From Candidatus Hydrogenedentota bacterium (lineage in GTDB: Bacteria; Hydrogenedentota; Hydrogenedentia; Hydrogenedentales; SLHB01): a DNA stretch of 64,000 nucleotides. The stretch spans positions 160,001 to 224,000 of the forward strand of contig BTWA01000005.1 of the NCBI GenBank assembly GCA_045863295.1. The letters are read 5' to 3'. Below are positions 20,086-29,619 of the stretch, piece by piece. Both the position numbers and the translations under genes were made by a program. The notes below the pieces were generated by a model, which ran no database searches, was not told the DNA's origin, and saw nothing but the letters and a program-made list of their open reading frames with translations. Position 1 is the stretch's first letter; every line of letters begins with the position of its first letter.

Positions 20086-20712
20086 ATGGCTTTCAGACGC
20101 TACGGGTTTACTCTGCTTGAGCTGTTGATAACCGTTGCACTCCTGGCGGTTGTGTCCCTGTTGGGGTTTGTTGCCGTCCAAAGTTCGGTGGCCTCAGCCG
20201 GCACGGCTGCCGCGAAGAGCGATGTTCAACAAGCGGTACGAGACGTGATGGCGATAATGGTCACGGAACTGCAAACCGCGGCCAAAGCAGACAATGATGC
20301 TTTGAATCCGCCCTTGGATCGATTGGCCGTAACGGCGAACCCTGCTGCCAATTGTCCTATTGAAGTCTCTTTTCAAGTACCCTTGGATGGTACTGCGCGA
20401 AACTGGTCGAACCGCATCCGATTCCGCCATTACGACGAAGATGCCAACAACAATGAGTGGCTGGATTCCGGCGAAGATGTGAACGGCGACGGTGTTCTGA
20501 CGCGCTGTATTTGGCGGATGGAAGACACCAACGGTGATGGTACCCCGGACGAGACGCGGGAAGTGGGTGGTGCGAATTGCATCAGCAATGTGCAATTTGT
20601 GCTCAACGGAAATGTCCTTACGATTACCCTTACGGCGACGCAATTGCTTCCGGGATTTCGGCAAAACCCGGTTACGGCAACGACTTCGACCGATGTGTAT
20701 CTGTTGAATTGA
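20086..20712 (+). CDS. Type IV minor pilin/pseudopilin (PilW-like)
   Basis: Class III signal RRYG|FTLLELLI; AGGAG RBS; DxNxDG Ca-binding-like loops. Confidence 0.85.
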   Translation: MAFRRYGFTLLELLITVALLAVVSLLGFVAVQSSVASAGTAAAKSDVQQAVRDVMAIMVTELQTAAKADNDALNPPLDRLAVTANPAANCPIEVSFQVPLDGTARNWSNRIRFRHYDEDANNNEWLDSGEDVNGDGVLTRCIWRMEDTNGDGTPDETREVGGANCISNVQFVLNGNVLTITLTATQLLPGFRQNPVTATTSTDVYLLN

Positions 20713-20963
20713 GGGCCGGTATGTTCCAAAACAGGGCTGAATCGCCTGAAATCGCACGGCATTTTGGCAATGTTCGCGGACGTATGGTAGATTTCACTCA
20801 GGATCAGTGCTCCAATGCGAATGCGAGCGGTTAATGCCGTTCCCGGCGCAGTTGGGGCATTTTCTTTGTTCTGGCGTTGAAGCAAGGCGAGCGGCAAGGA
20901 ATTGAGACAGCGTATGTTTGACCACGGGTCTGTGACCGTGGGGCATACAGGAGATCCCAAGTC

Positions 20964-21398
20964 ATGGTTAAGGCGATTCTTCAGCGATTGAACCGTCAGC
21001 GCGGCAAAAAGGCAGGTATGACCTTGGTCGAACTGACACTGGCCCTCGCAATATTCGCCATTGTACTTGGCGCGGCGGCGCAGTCGCTGGTCTCGTTTTA
21101 CGTGGCCTTGGACATGCAAAACCAGCGTAACACTGCACTTCGCAATTGCCTGAGCATTATCAACGCCATGCGGAATGTACGTGACGCGAATCTCGACAAC
21201 TTTCCGGGAATAATTACCAATACCTGGCCGGACGGTGCCGAGGTGCCGAACGCGGGGTCGATGCGGAATGAGACGGTGACCGTCGACTATACCAATCCGG
21301 CGGCCAATCCGCTGGAGGTGACCGTGTTCAGCCAGTTTACGGATATGCAGGGCCGGCCCATGCAGGTTCGAATCTCGACCATGCTTACAAATGGTTGA
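20964..21398 (+). CDS. Type IV minor pilin/pseudopilin (PilV-like)
   Basis: KKAG|MTLVELTLALAIFAI. Confidence 0.85.
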   Translation: MVKAILQRLNRQRGKKAGMTLVELTLALAIFAIVLGAAAQSLVSFYVALDMQNQRNTALRNCLSIINAMRNVRDANLDNFPGIITNTWPDGAEVPNAGSMRNETVTVDYTNPAANPLEVTVFSQFTDMQGRPMQVRISTMLTNG

Positions 21399-21456
21399 TC
21401 GCCCGGTCAGACGTTTTCGTCTGTACCGTTGCGACATTCCATTGGAGGGTAACCGT

Positions 21457-23697
21457 ATGAATACAAGACAGACCACCCGATCGCGCGAAGAGGGAATGGC
21501 GTTGATACTGGTTGTTTTGGCCGTTATCGCCATTCTTGGCGCAGTCACGCTTGTCGTGGGGCGCGTTCAAAGCACCAAGCGCAACACCGATGCGACCGTC
21601 AATCGGGCTATGGCCGAGGAGGCCTGTAAAGCGGGCATCGACATGGCTATCGAACGCATTTGGAACCAATATGTACTGACCACCGGCAACACGACAGGGA
21701 ATCTGGCCTCATATCGTCTATTTGTTTCCAATCTTATTCAGAACAACGAAGACACGAACAACAATGGTGTGCAGGACGCGGGCGAATTCGACAGCGACGG
21801 AGACGGCGGTTTCGACATGAACCCGCCGTGGGTGGTTGTCACCGACGATCAGCCCGTGGCACTGGCTTCGGGCGGCGGAATCCGTTCGGTAACGGTATCG
21901 CGAACGGATGATTTGACTGGCGCGGTATTGACCATACGGTCCACAGGGCGGTACGGCGACACCGAACGCACGGCAGTGCAGACCGTGCGGGTGGGCGGCG
22001 AGCCGTTTGAGGGATTCGAGTACGGCATTTTGGCAAACAACATAAACTGCATTCTGTGTCATGCCAAGTTTTACTCATTGGATTTGGCCCGAAACACGAA
22101 TCCCTCGAACTACAATTCGTTTGATCGCATTAAAGTTGCCGCACTTGAGTCGTTGATGATCCGGACGAACGAGAACATTCATACGCGTGTTGCCGGCACG
22201 ATTTATACGCGGGGCACGGTATACAACCAGACCGGCGCGCAGCTGAGCGCGAACTCGATCGCCTCATCCACATTGCGAGCATTTCAGTTTAACAATACGA
22301 ATGGAAAGATTGTCCAAAACAGCAGCGGTGCCATGTCCGAAACGTCGTTTGCGAATGCAACGACCAACAGCCAGGGTTTGTTGAATCCGTTCAGCAACCT
22401 GTATTTGAATTATCCTGATGATCGTCAGTATCAGACCGATGGAACACTTCCGACGCATTTCCCGGCGCCTTACCCGGACGACAACGAAAACCGATATGTC
22501 GACGACGATGAATTCGATCGTGTGGTGAATAGCGCAAACGGCCGTCTTCAATTTACCGTCGATCCAAATCAGCCGGGGTCGCTTCAAGCGGGTGTGGCCT
22601 ACGGCGTACCTCATGGTTCCGCCTATGCCGGCACGAGTCTCCCGACTAGCAGCAATGGCGCGTTGTCCAGTTTGAGCACCGACGGGAGTTACGAAGGCAA
22701 CCTGATTCTGATAGGGACCAACGACGATCCCATCGTAATTGACGGGGCGGTCGCCGTGGACGGCGATTTGGTCATCAAAGGCCCGGTCAAGGGTTGGGGC
22801 CAGATATTCGCGCGCGGCAACGTGTACGTAGTTGGTGACGTTACGTATGCCGATGCCCCGGGCGAGTTCGGCGTGGCCTCTGACGGCACACGCAATGGTC
22901 TTGCACTCACGTCTGGCGGCAGCATCATGATGGGTGACTACCTAACGATTCGTGGCAAGCAACATACGGCGGAGACGACCAAATTTCCGGGCGGCGGTTT
23001 CATCGACACCCGCACCGCGAACAGGAATGTGACGATCTCGAAGAGCGGAAGTTCCAACCAGACGCACGCGATCGGCTATTTCGATTCGGGCGTTACCGAT
23101 GCCGGCTGGACAGTAAACAATCAGCCGCAGCTCAGCTTCACCACATCGGAGTTGATGTTGTTCAATCAGCAGGAATACCTGCGCAAGCAAGCGGATTCGA
23201 CGTATAAGCCGCGCTATTACCGGTTGCGCCCTGACCAGCCCATTTACCGGTATTCCGCGAACGACGAGCACACGGTGAAGTATACAGACGCGGGCGTTCA
23301 AATCATCACCAATCCGGGAGACGCGGCGATTCACGATTTGAACCCCAACAATTTCTGGTTGACGGAGAGCGCCTTGCGCAATTTCTGGTGGACAGACGAG
23401 ATGACCCGGCCCAGTAGCGGCCGTCCAATGAAGTTCGACGGACTGTTGTACTCAAACAACAGCATTTTTGCGATAACGCGCAGCAGTGACCGGCATAAGT
23501 CAAACACGCGCGGTCGCATGGAGGTGCGAGGCAGCATCGTGACATCCGACCTTGGCGTGTTGGTACCGGGCCCCGACTTTTCCGTGCCCCGATCGGCGCT
23601 TGACCTGTACTACGACCGCCGCGTCGCGGACTTCCTTCGCGTGGAAGACACGACGGTGGTGCAGTACAACCGTCTGGCCTTCCGGTTCGAGCAATAG
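21457..23697 (+). CDS. Large PilX/GspK-like pilin (746 aa) with CxxCH motif
   Basis: REEG|MALILVVL without Glu5 (PilX/GspK hallmark); A..A.EAG helix; IRSTG strand; CILCH at 22048-22062; C-terminal L.YD.R. Confidence 0.8.
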   Translation: MNTRQTTRSREEGMALILVVLAVIAILGAVTLVVGRVQSTKRNTDATVNRAMAEEACKAGIDMAIERIWNQYVLTTGNTTGNLASYRLFVSNLIQNNEDTNNNGVQDAGEFDSDGDGGFDMNPPWVVVTDDQPVALASGGGIRSVTVSRTDDLTGAVLTIRSTGRYGDTERTAVQTVRVGGEPFEGFEYGILANNINCILCHAKFYSLDLARNTNPSNYNSFDRIKVAALESLMIRTNENIHTRVAGTIYTRGTVYNQTGAQLSANSIASSTLRAFQFNNTNGKIVQNSSGAMSETSFANATTNSQGLLNPFSNLYLNYPDDRQYQTDGTLPTHFPAPYPDDNENRYVDDDEFDRVVNSANGRLQFTVDPNQPGSLQAGVAYGVPHGSAYAGTSLPTSSNGALSSLSTDGSYEGNLILIGTNDDPIVIDGAVAVDGDLVIKGPVKGWGQIFARGNVYVVGDVTYADAPGEFGVASDGTRNGLALTSGGSIMMGDYLTIRGKQHTAETTKFPGGGFIDTRTANRNVTISKSGSSNQTHAIGYFDSGVTDAGWTVNNQPQLSFTTSELMLFNQQEYLRKQADSTYKPRYYRLRPDQPIYRYSANDEHTVKYTDAGVQIITNPGDAAIHDLNPNNFWLTESALRNFWWTDEMTRPSSGRPMKFDGLLYSNNSIFAITRSSDRHKSNTRGRMEVRGSIVTSDLGVLVPGPDFSVPRSALDLYYDRRVADFLRVEDTTVVQYNRLAFRFEQ

Positions 23698-23712
23698 TAG
23701 GAGAACTTGACC

Positions 23713-24633
23713 ATGAAGCAATTCGCTTTTTGTGCTTGTATTGCAGTGGCTGCAACGTGGTGTGCCTTGGCGGATACGGTGCATTTCAAAGACGGCCGTA
23801 CGTTAGAGGGCATAACGTCGCAGCCCAACCCGAATTGCGTGGCTATCAGCATGGGTCAAAGCAAAGTGATATTCTCGATGGAAGACGTCGATCGCATCGA
23901 GAAGAACGACAAGACAGGGGAAGGGTATGACTTGGCCAGTGTGAGTCCAATGGCCGTGCAGCATCTCAAGATGATGGAAGAGATGTACGGTGTTTCGCAG
24001 GAGCAGCGCGAAGAGTTGCTGGCACTGCTGGAGCGGCTCCGGTCCGAAGATACGAACGAGCATCAAGTAGTCATGAGCCAGCTTGCAACCATCAACGGCA
24101 GTGTCGATGTCATGCGGTTTCTTGAGGCGGCCATGGCCAGTTTTGGAAAGCGACTGGCCCCCAAAGCGCTTGAGGCCATGGCCACGTTGAATCCTGAACG
24201 TGCCAAGACAACTCTGCGTGCGCGCACCCAGGATGCCGTGCCGGAAACCCGTGCTAAAGCAGTAGAGTTGCTTGCGAAGGTGGGTGACGCGGAAAGTCTT
24301 GAGCTCGTCGCCCGCGGCATGAAGGACTACGACGAGTCGGTGCGAATCGCCTCGGCAAATGCGCTGGCCGCCATGGGCGACAAGCGGGTTACGCCGGTTC
24401 TGATCGACGGTTTGTCCAGCACGGATGCGCGCGTGGTGAATGCTTCGCGCCAGGCCCTCACCCGACTGTGGGGTTCGGCCGAGTCGCCTGTCGCATTTGA
24501 AAAGACAGAGGAGTGGCAGGCGCTCTGGAATGGGGAACAAAGCAAGGTGGCCAATCCCATACAGGTGGCCCAACTGCAGCCCTTGGCGGAACTCGATCCC
24601 AATGCGCCGGAAGGCTACGATCACAGCGAGTGA
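23713..24633 (+). CDS. Secreted HEAT-repeat protein
   Basis: Signal peptide, DTVHFKDGRTLEG N-domain, repeated VR..A..AL..G helical pairs. Confidence 0.8.
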   Translation: MKQFAFCACIAVAATWCALADTVHFKDGRTLEGITSQPNPNCVAISMGQSKVIFSMEDVDRIEKNDKTGEGYDLASVSPMAVQHLKMMEEMYGVSQEQREELLALLERLRSEDTNEHQVVMSQLATINGSVDVMRFLEAAMASFGKRLAPKALEAMATLNPERAKTTLRARTQDAVPETRAKAVELLAKVGDAESLELVARGMKDYDESVRIASANALAAMGDKRVTPVLIDGLSSTDARVVNASRQALTRLWGSAESPVAFEKTEEWQALWNGEQSKVANPIQVAQLQPLAELDPNAPEGYDHSE

Positions 24634-24696
24634 GTTTTACGGTTCAATGGGTTCCAAGACGCCGCCGGGGGCCGCGATCTCGCTGAGTCCAAGTGG

Positions 24697-25500
24697 TCAG
24701 CCGTCGGGCACGCCCTCGACACCCCCTTTGGCAAGGCGATTGAGGTTCCATACCTTTGCGTATTTGGTGAAGACCGAAAATGCCGCCAGTCCGCACAATA
24801 CGGCTCCGTGATACCCGTCCAAGAATCCCCGCCGCAACACGAACATCTTGACAAAACGGGACCACGGACGAATGGTCAGGTCAAACAGGGATGGGCGTTT
24901 GCCATTGTCATACAAGTCTTGTGCGGACCAAGAGGTAAACCTCTGAAAGGTCGCAAAGTATTCTTCGAAGTTTCGCTTGTCGTCGTGATACATGACCTCG
25001 TCGATCTGACCCATTAGGCCGTCCACCTCGATCGTGGAATGAACGCGCTGGGTACGGTAGCGGCCTTTCTTTGTGCGGAAGAGACGTACGTTGTAGTCAC
25101 GGTCCCAGCCGCAATGCAAGATCAATTTTCCGAAGAAGTAGGATAATCGCTTTATGCGATAGCCGTCCCGGCTTGCCGGGTTCGTAATGATCTGGCGAAT
25201 ATGCTCCGCGAGTTCCGTTGAAACCCATTCATCCCCATCGAGCACCAGTGTCCATTCCGTTTTAATCTGAGGAATGGCCCAGTTGCATTGATCGGCTTTG
25301 TTTGCGTAAGGATGTTCGACCACATGATTGGAGTATTGCCGTGCGATTTCTGCTGACCCGTCAGACGTACGCGGATCGACAACCAGGAATAAGTCATCCG
25401 CCCATTTCACGCTTTCCAGGCAGCGTGGCAACCTATCGCCCAAGTTGTGAATGAGGATCAGAACCGTGAGGGTTCCTGTGTTTTTGCCAGAAGATTCCAA
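24697..25500 (-). CDS. GT2 glycosyltransferase (LPS beta-1,4-glucosyltransferase-like); start uncertain
   Basis: CLESVKWAD, LDGDE, RLF, VH, RGFLDG motifs. Confidence 0.88.
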   Translation of the reverse strand: MESSGKNTGTLTVLILIHNLGDRLPRCLESVKWADDLFLVVDPRTSDGSAEIARQYSNHVVEHPYANKADQCNWAIPQIKTEWTLVLDGDEWVSTELAEHIRQIITNPASRDGYRIKRLSYFFGKLILHCGWDRDYNVRLFRTKKGRYRTQRVHSTIEVDGLMGQIDEVMYHDDKRNFEEYFATFQRFTSWSAQDLYDNGKRPSLFDLTIRPWSRFVKMFVLRRGFLDGYHGAVLCGLAAFSVFTKYAKVWNLNRLAKGGVEGVPDG

Positions 25501-25668
25501 TGTGATTCTCGCTTTGGTTCCTTGCCGTTTGCGGCGTATTGTAACCAAGCGGGATCGGGCAGGCGAATTGACCGGCTATCACGGCTGCGCGGCCTTCTCC
25601 TTTTCGGGCCCGCGTATCACCTTGGAATTGGCAATGGCGGTTGTCGGGCGCGTTCCGCCAAATTTGGG

Positions 25669-25857
25669 TTATGCGGCGTGGGTTTTACTACCGCATCCGT
25701 GGCTGTGATGATAGGCGTCAATTTCGAGTAGCGCTTTGTCCAGGCATTCGGGGCAATAGCTGTGCGACACCAGGGTAGTCGAGGGTACCGGCACGTGGAA
25801 TCGTTTCCAGTTGCCATTGAGGCGGATGCGTTTACAGTCACAACATTGAACGATCAT
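25669..25857 (-). CDS. Small Cys-rich putative zinc-binding protein (62 aa)
   Basis: CCDCKRIR....W.....SHSYCPEC; GAAAGGA RBS. Confidence 0.75.
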   Translation of the reverse strand: MIVQCCDCKRIRLNGNWKRFHVPVPSTTLVSHSYCPECLDKALLEIDAYHHSHGCGSKTHAA

Positions 25858-25894
25858 ACAACACCGTCCTTTCCGTCAGCTCCGTTTCACTATA

Positions 25895-25911
25895 CGCATA
25901 TCCCATGCCGA
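25895..25911 (-). promoter_or_regulatory. Putative sigma54 (-24/-12) promoter
   Basis: Minus strand TCGGCATGGGATATGCG = GG-N10-GC, about 40 nt before the small Cys-rich ORF. Confidence 0.5.
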
Positions 25912-26180
25912 TGGGTTCTGTGAGGGTTGGATTGCAATAACTGATTTTGTTACAATGGTTTATGATGTTGGCTTAGAATTTGCGCCAGGCGGTAAATAGT
26001 TGACACTGCCCAAAATCAGGCAAAATGATCCGGTTTCGGGCAGACCAATACTGCCGGTCAGTGCCCCAGTTCCCCTGTCCTCGTCGGCGGGCGGGATGAA
26101 ACCTTTTGCATGGTCCTCGCGTTTCACTTAAAGTACGCGTTTCGTCGGGCAGAAACCTCGCGTGGTAAGTAGCAGCAGAT

Positions 26181-27113
26181 ATGATTGAAGCCAAAGGGCT
26201 AACGAAATATTACGGGTCAATTACCGCCATTTCCGGGATAACGTTCCAAGTGGACAAGGGCGAGGTTATTGGCTTTCTTGGACCGAACGGCGCCGGCAAG
26301 TCCACGACAATGCGCATCCTGACAGGATTTACCGTGCCGTCCAGCGGAACGGCGCGCATTGCCGGCTACCTTGTTGAAGACCAACCGCTCGAAGCAAAGC
26401 GATGCATTGGTTACCTGCCGGAAAGTGTGCCTCTCTATCCCGAGATGTTGGTCGAGTCGTTTCTGCGGTTTGTCGCGGAGGCGAAAGGTTTGCCGCGCGG
26501 CCAGCGAAAGTCCGAAGTGGGCCGCGTGATTGAGCGAACCGGTTTGGCGGGTATGGAGAAGCGTGTTGTCGGAAACCTTTCTAAAGGGTATCGGCAACGT
26601 GTCGGATTGGCGCAGGCGCTGCTCGGTAATCCCCCCGTGTTGATTCTGGATGAGCCGACAGTTGGCCTTGATCCAAAACAAATTATTGAGATCCGGCAAT
26701 TGATCAAGGAATTAGCCGCGAACCACACCGTGCTGTTGAGTACGCACATCTTGAGCGAAGTAACGATGGTGTGTCAGCGAGTGGTTATCATCAACCGCGG
26801 CCGGGTGGTCGCGCAGGATGCCATGGCCAACCTTGCCGGGGAAGACGGGAAGGTTGTGTATCGAATAGAGGCAGCGGGACCCCGAGAACGTGTCCTGGCG
26901 GTGCTGCAAAGTGTTTCTGGCCTATGTGAAGTGCGCCATGAAGGAGGTTTTGGTTACAAGGCCATGGCCACTTTAGACAGCGATCCCAGCGAGGCGCTGG
27001 CCAAGGCCTTGGTTGCCAATGACTGTCGTCTTACAGGTTTAAGCAAGGACAACCGCACATTGGAAGACATATTCATTCGCGCCATTTCCAGCGAGCAGGA
27101 GGCGGCCACATGA
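26181..27113 (+). CDS. ABC transporter ATP-binding protein (GldA-like)
   Basis: GPNGAGKST, LSKGYRQR, LDEPT, STH motifs. Confidence 0.95.
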   Translation: MIEAKGLTKYYGSITAISGITFQVDKGEVIGFLGPNGAGKSTTMRILTGFTVPSSGTARIAGYLVEDQPLEAKRCIGYLPESVPLYPEMLVESFLRFVAEAKGLPRGQRKSEVGRVIERTGLAGMEKRVVGNLSKGYRQRVGLAQALLGNPPVLILDEPTVGLDPKQIIEIRQLIKELAANHTVLLSTHILSEVTMVCQRVVIINRGRVVAQDAMANLAGEDGKVVYRIEAAGPRERVLAVLQSVSGLCEVRHEGGFGYKAMATLDSDPSEALAKALVANDCRLTGLSKDNRTLEDIFIRAISSEQEAAT

Positions 27114-27943
27114 GCGGCGCGTGGGCGTTGTGCAAGCGCGAATTGAAAGGGTTCTTTCTGACGCCAGTAGGATATGTTGTCGTAGGCACGTTTGCCGCGA
27201 TAGCCGGATTGTATTTCGGCGTCATTTTCATCTGGTACTCCCGTGTGACCCAGAATCCTTCGGCGTTCGACTACAATGGAATCCCCGACTTCGAAGAGTT
27301 CATGTTGAGCCCATTCCTGGTCTTTTGCGGGCAGTTGATCATGTTTCTCGGGCCGTTGGTAACCATGCGACTGATCGCGGAGGAGCGTTCGCGCGGCACG
27401 ATGGAGCTTCTTCTCACGTATCCATTGCGCGATCGCGACATCATTCTGGGCAAGTATTTTGGGTCGCTTGGAATTGTCGCGGTGCTTATGTCGGTCATTT
27501 GCATTTTTCTGGTTCTCATGGGGTATTACAATCCGCGCGTGGAACCGTCTGTGCTGGTGTTTGGATTGTTCACCGTGTTTTTGATGAGTGCTGCTTTCAT
27601 GAGCCTGGGTCTGTTCGTCTCGGCGCTCGTTAAGAGTCAGATTACGGCCGCCACCACTACCTTTGGCCTGTGGTTTATCCTTTTCATTCTGGGCACGGCG
27701 GGTGGGGAAATGGCGCCCACAATGACCATTCCCGAGAGCTGGGCGGGCAGCTATCGAGACGCCGCACAGCTTGTGTATTCCGTCTTTCGTCAATTGGTCT
27801 TGGAACTGCCGCTGGACAATCACGCGGAAGACATGGCGCAAGGGGTGTTTGCTCCTATCGACATCGCGTACTACATCTTGTTCGCGGCGTTTTTTCTGTT
27901 CCTCACATTTCGCGCGCTTGAGTCGCGCAAGTGGAGGGCATGA
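27110..27943 (+). CDS. ABC-2 permease (GldF-like)
   Basis: TMRLIAEERSRGTMELLLT.P.....ILGK motif; multiple TMs. Confidence 0.9.
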   Translation: MSGAWALCKRELKGFFLTPVGYVVVGTFAAIAGLYFGVIFIWYSRVTQNPSAFDYNGIPDFEEFMLSPFLVFCGQLIMFLGPLVTMRLIAEERSRGTMELLLTYPLRDRDIILGKYFGSLGIVAVLMSVICIFLVLMGYYNPRVEPSVLVFGLFTVFLMSAAFMSLGLFVSALVKSQITAATTTFGLWFILFILGTAGGEMAPTMTIPESWAGSYRDAAQLVYSVFRQLVLELPLDNHAEDMAQGVFAPIDIAYYILFAAFFLFLTFRALESRKWRA

Positions 27944-29619
27944 CCATGCGTGTCCTTCGTACGCTGGCGGTGGTTATTGGAGTTCTGGGCGTAGCCATCG
28001 GCTTGAATTGCCTGATACTCGGTTTCGGGCTGTTTACCCTTCAGGTATGGGCTCCCATCGCCGTGGGCGCCGTAGGGTTTGTGGTTTGGTTTGTACTTAC
28101 ATTGATAGGCCTTGCCACCGGAGGTGAGGGCTCGCGCAGTTTATCCGGTTTGGCGTCCGTGTTTGGCGGGGTTGTATTTCTGGGCATTTGCATCGTTTTG
28201 TATGCTTTTGTGAAGCGATGGGATGTTGCTTGGGACCTGACGCAAGAAGGGCGGCGTGAACTTTCCGAGCAGACCGTACGTGTACTGGAGACGCTGACAG
28301 ATGAAGTGACGGCCTATGCGCTATTCGTGCATGACGGAAGCAACGATGCACTGATGAATGCCCACAGCAAGACCATTCGTTTTCTCGAGCGTTGCCAAGA
28401 GCACACCGACCGGCTGAAAATTGTTGAAATAGACCCCGTGGCAGAAACGGCTCGTTTGACGGCCGAAGGGTTTACGTTCGCGAATCCGTTGCAGGGCACG
28501 GTCGTGCTGAAAGCCGGGGCGCGTCCTCCGCGAAGTATTGCGTTGAAGGGTGCGAATCCGCGTCTCGAAGAACGCGAGTTTACTAATGCGCTGATAAACG
28601 TGTCTCGCAAGTCCCAGCCAGTGGTCGGATTCTTGACGGGTCACGGGGAGCGTAACCTGGCGCATCCGGAATCGGCGGGTATTAAAGTTCTATTGGGGAA
28701 TGAAGGGTATGTGCTTGAGGATGTTGCCATCGACATTACGAACGGCAAGATCCCGGAAAAGTTTGATATCCTCTTCATTAATTCCATGCTTATTGATGGC
28801 GGCGGCGATTTGCACCCCAAGGAAATCGAGGCCATCGAGGCCTTTCTACAGTCAGGCGGCCGGTTGTGCATTCTCGTGGATCCCATGGTGTCGCAGGACG
28901 GCGTCGTGCGGCGTAAACAACTTTTTGCGTGGCTGGAACAGAAATACGGGGTCGTGGTTGGCGAAGATCTGGTAATGTCGATGTTGAACCAGCGTCCGGG
29001 TGAAGTTACCGTCGTACCGGACGCTTCGGTTCCCAGCATCATGAGCCAATATGAAATGCCGGATTCGGGTTTCGAAGGTTGTTTCGATCAGAATAACCCA
29101 ATAACTCGCGGTTTCGATCAGCGGCTGGATCTCGGCGCGACACGCTCGATTACCGTTGCGCCAAAGCTTCCGTCCAATGTGACCGCCTCCGCGCTGTTGC
29201 GTACGTTGCCCTTATCCTATGCCGAGAAGCAGGTACACTTACTGATAGGTCAGAACGCCAAGCCTCCCGAACAAGGCCCGGATGAGCCAACGGGATCCAT
29301 TGGCATTGCCGTGGCGGCGACTATTAACAATGAAGAGCCGGTCGAAGACGCGCGCATCGTTGTCGTGGGCAACTCTGGATTTGCGACTACGAAGTCGGTG
29401 GGCGTTGGTGGCAATCTCAATTTTGCGCTGAATATTTTCAATTGGCTTAGCGAAGACGAAGACCTAATTGCAATTCGGCCGACGGGCAAGGAAGAACAAC
29501 CACTTTACCTCTCGGAAAAGGACGAACAAGTGATTGTCTGGACGGCCAGCCTTGGCGCGGTTCAGGCCGTGGCACTGGCATGGTTTGTCATGTTTCTCTG
29601 GCGGAGACGGTATCAATGA
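27940..29619 (+). CDS. GldG-family ABC auxiliary protein
   Basis: WDLT....LSEQT, FLTGHGE, N.NF.LN..NWL motifs; C-terminal TM + WRRR. Confidence 0.88.
   Translation: MTMRVLRTLAVVIGVLGVAIGLNCLILGFGLFTLQVWAPIAVGAVGFVVWFVLTLIGLATGGEGSRSLSGLASVFGGVVFLGICIVLYAFVKRWDVAWDLTQEGRRELSEQTVRVLETLTDEVTAYALFVHDGSNDALMNAHSKTIRFLERCQEHTDRLKIVEIDPVAETARLTAEGFTFANPLQGTVVLKAGARPPRSIALKGANPRLEEREFTNALINVSRKSQPVVGFLTGHGERNLAHPESAGIKVLLGNEGYVLEDVAIDITNGKIPEKFDILFINSMLIDGGGDLHPKEIEAIEAFLQSGGRLCILVDPMVSQDGVVRRKQLFAWLEQKYGVVVGEDLVMSMLNQRPGEVTVVPDASVPSIMSQYEMPDSGFEGCFDQNNPITRGFDQRLDLGATRSITVAPKLPSNVTASALLRTLPLSYAEKQVHLLIGQNAKPPEQGPDEPTGSIGIAVAATINNEEPVEDARIVVVGNSGFATTKSVGVGGNLNFALNIFNWLSEDEDLIAIRPTGKEEQPLYLSEKDEQVIVWTASLGAVQAVALAWFVMFLWRRRYQ

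Noticed and set aside
20430..21548. 372-aa minus-strand ORF
   Set aside because: Antisense shadow of three well-supported pilin genes; no recognisable motifs
26181..29619. Gliding motility assignment for the Gld-like ABC genes
   Set aside because: Family is widespread in non-gliding bacteria; no other gld/spr genes in the window
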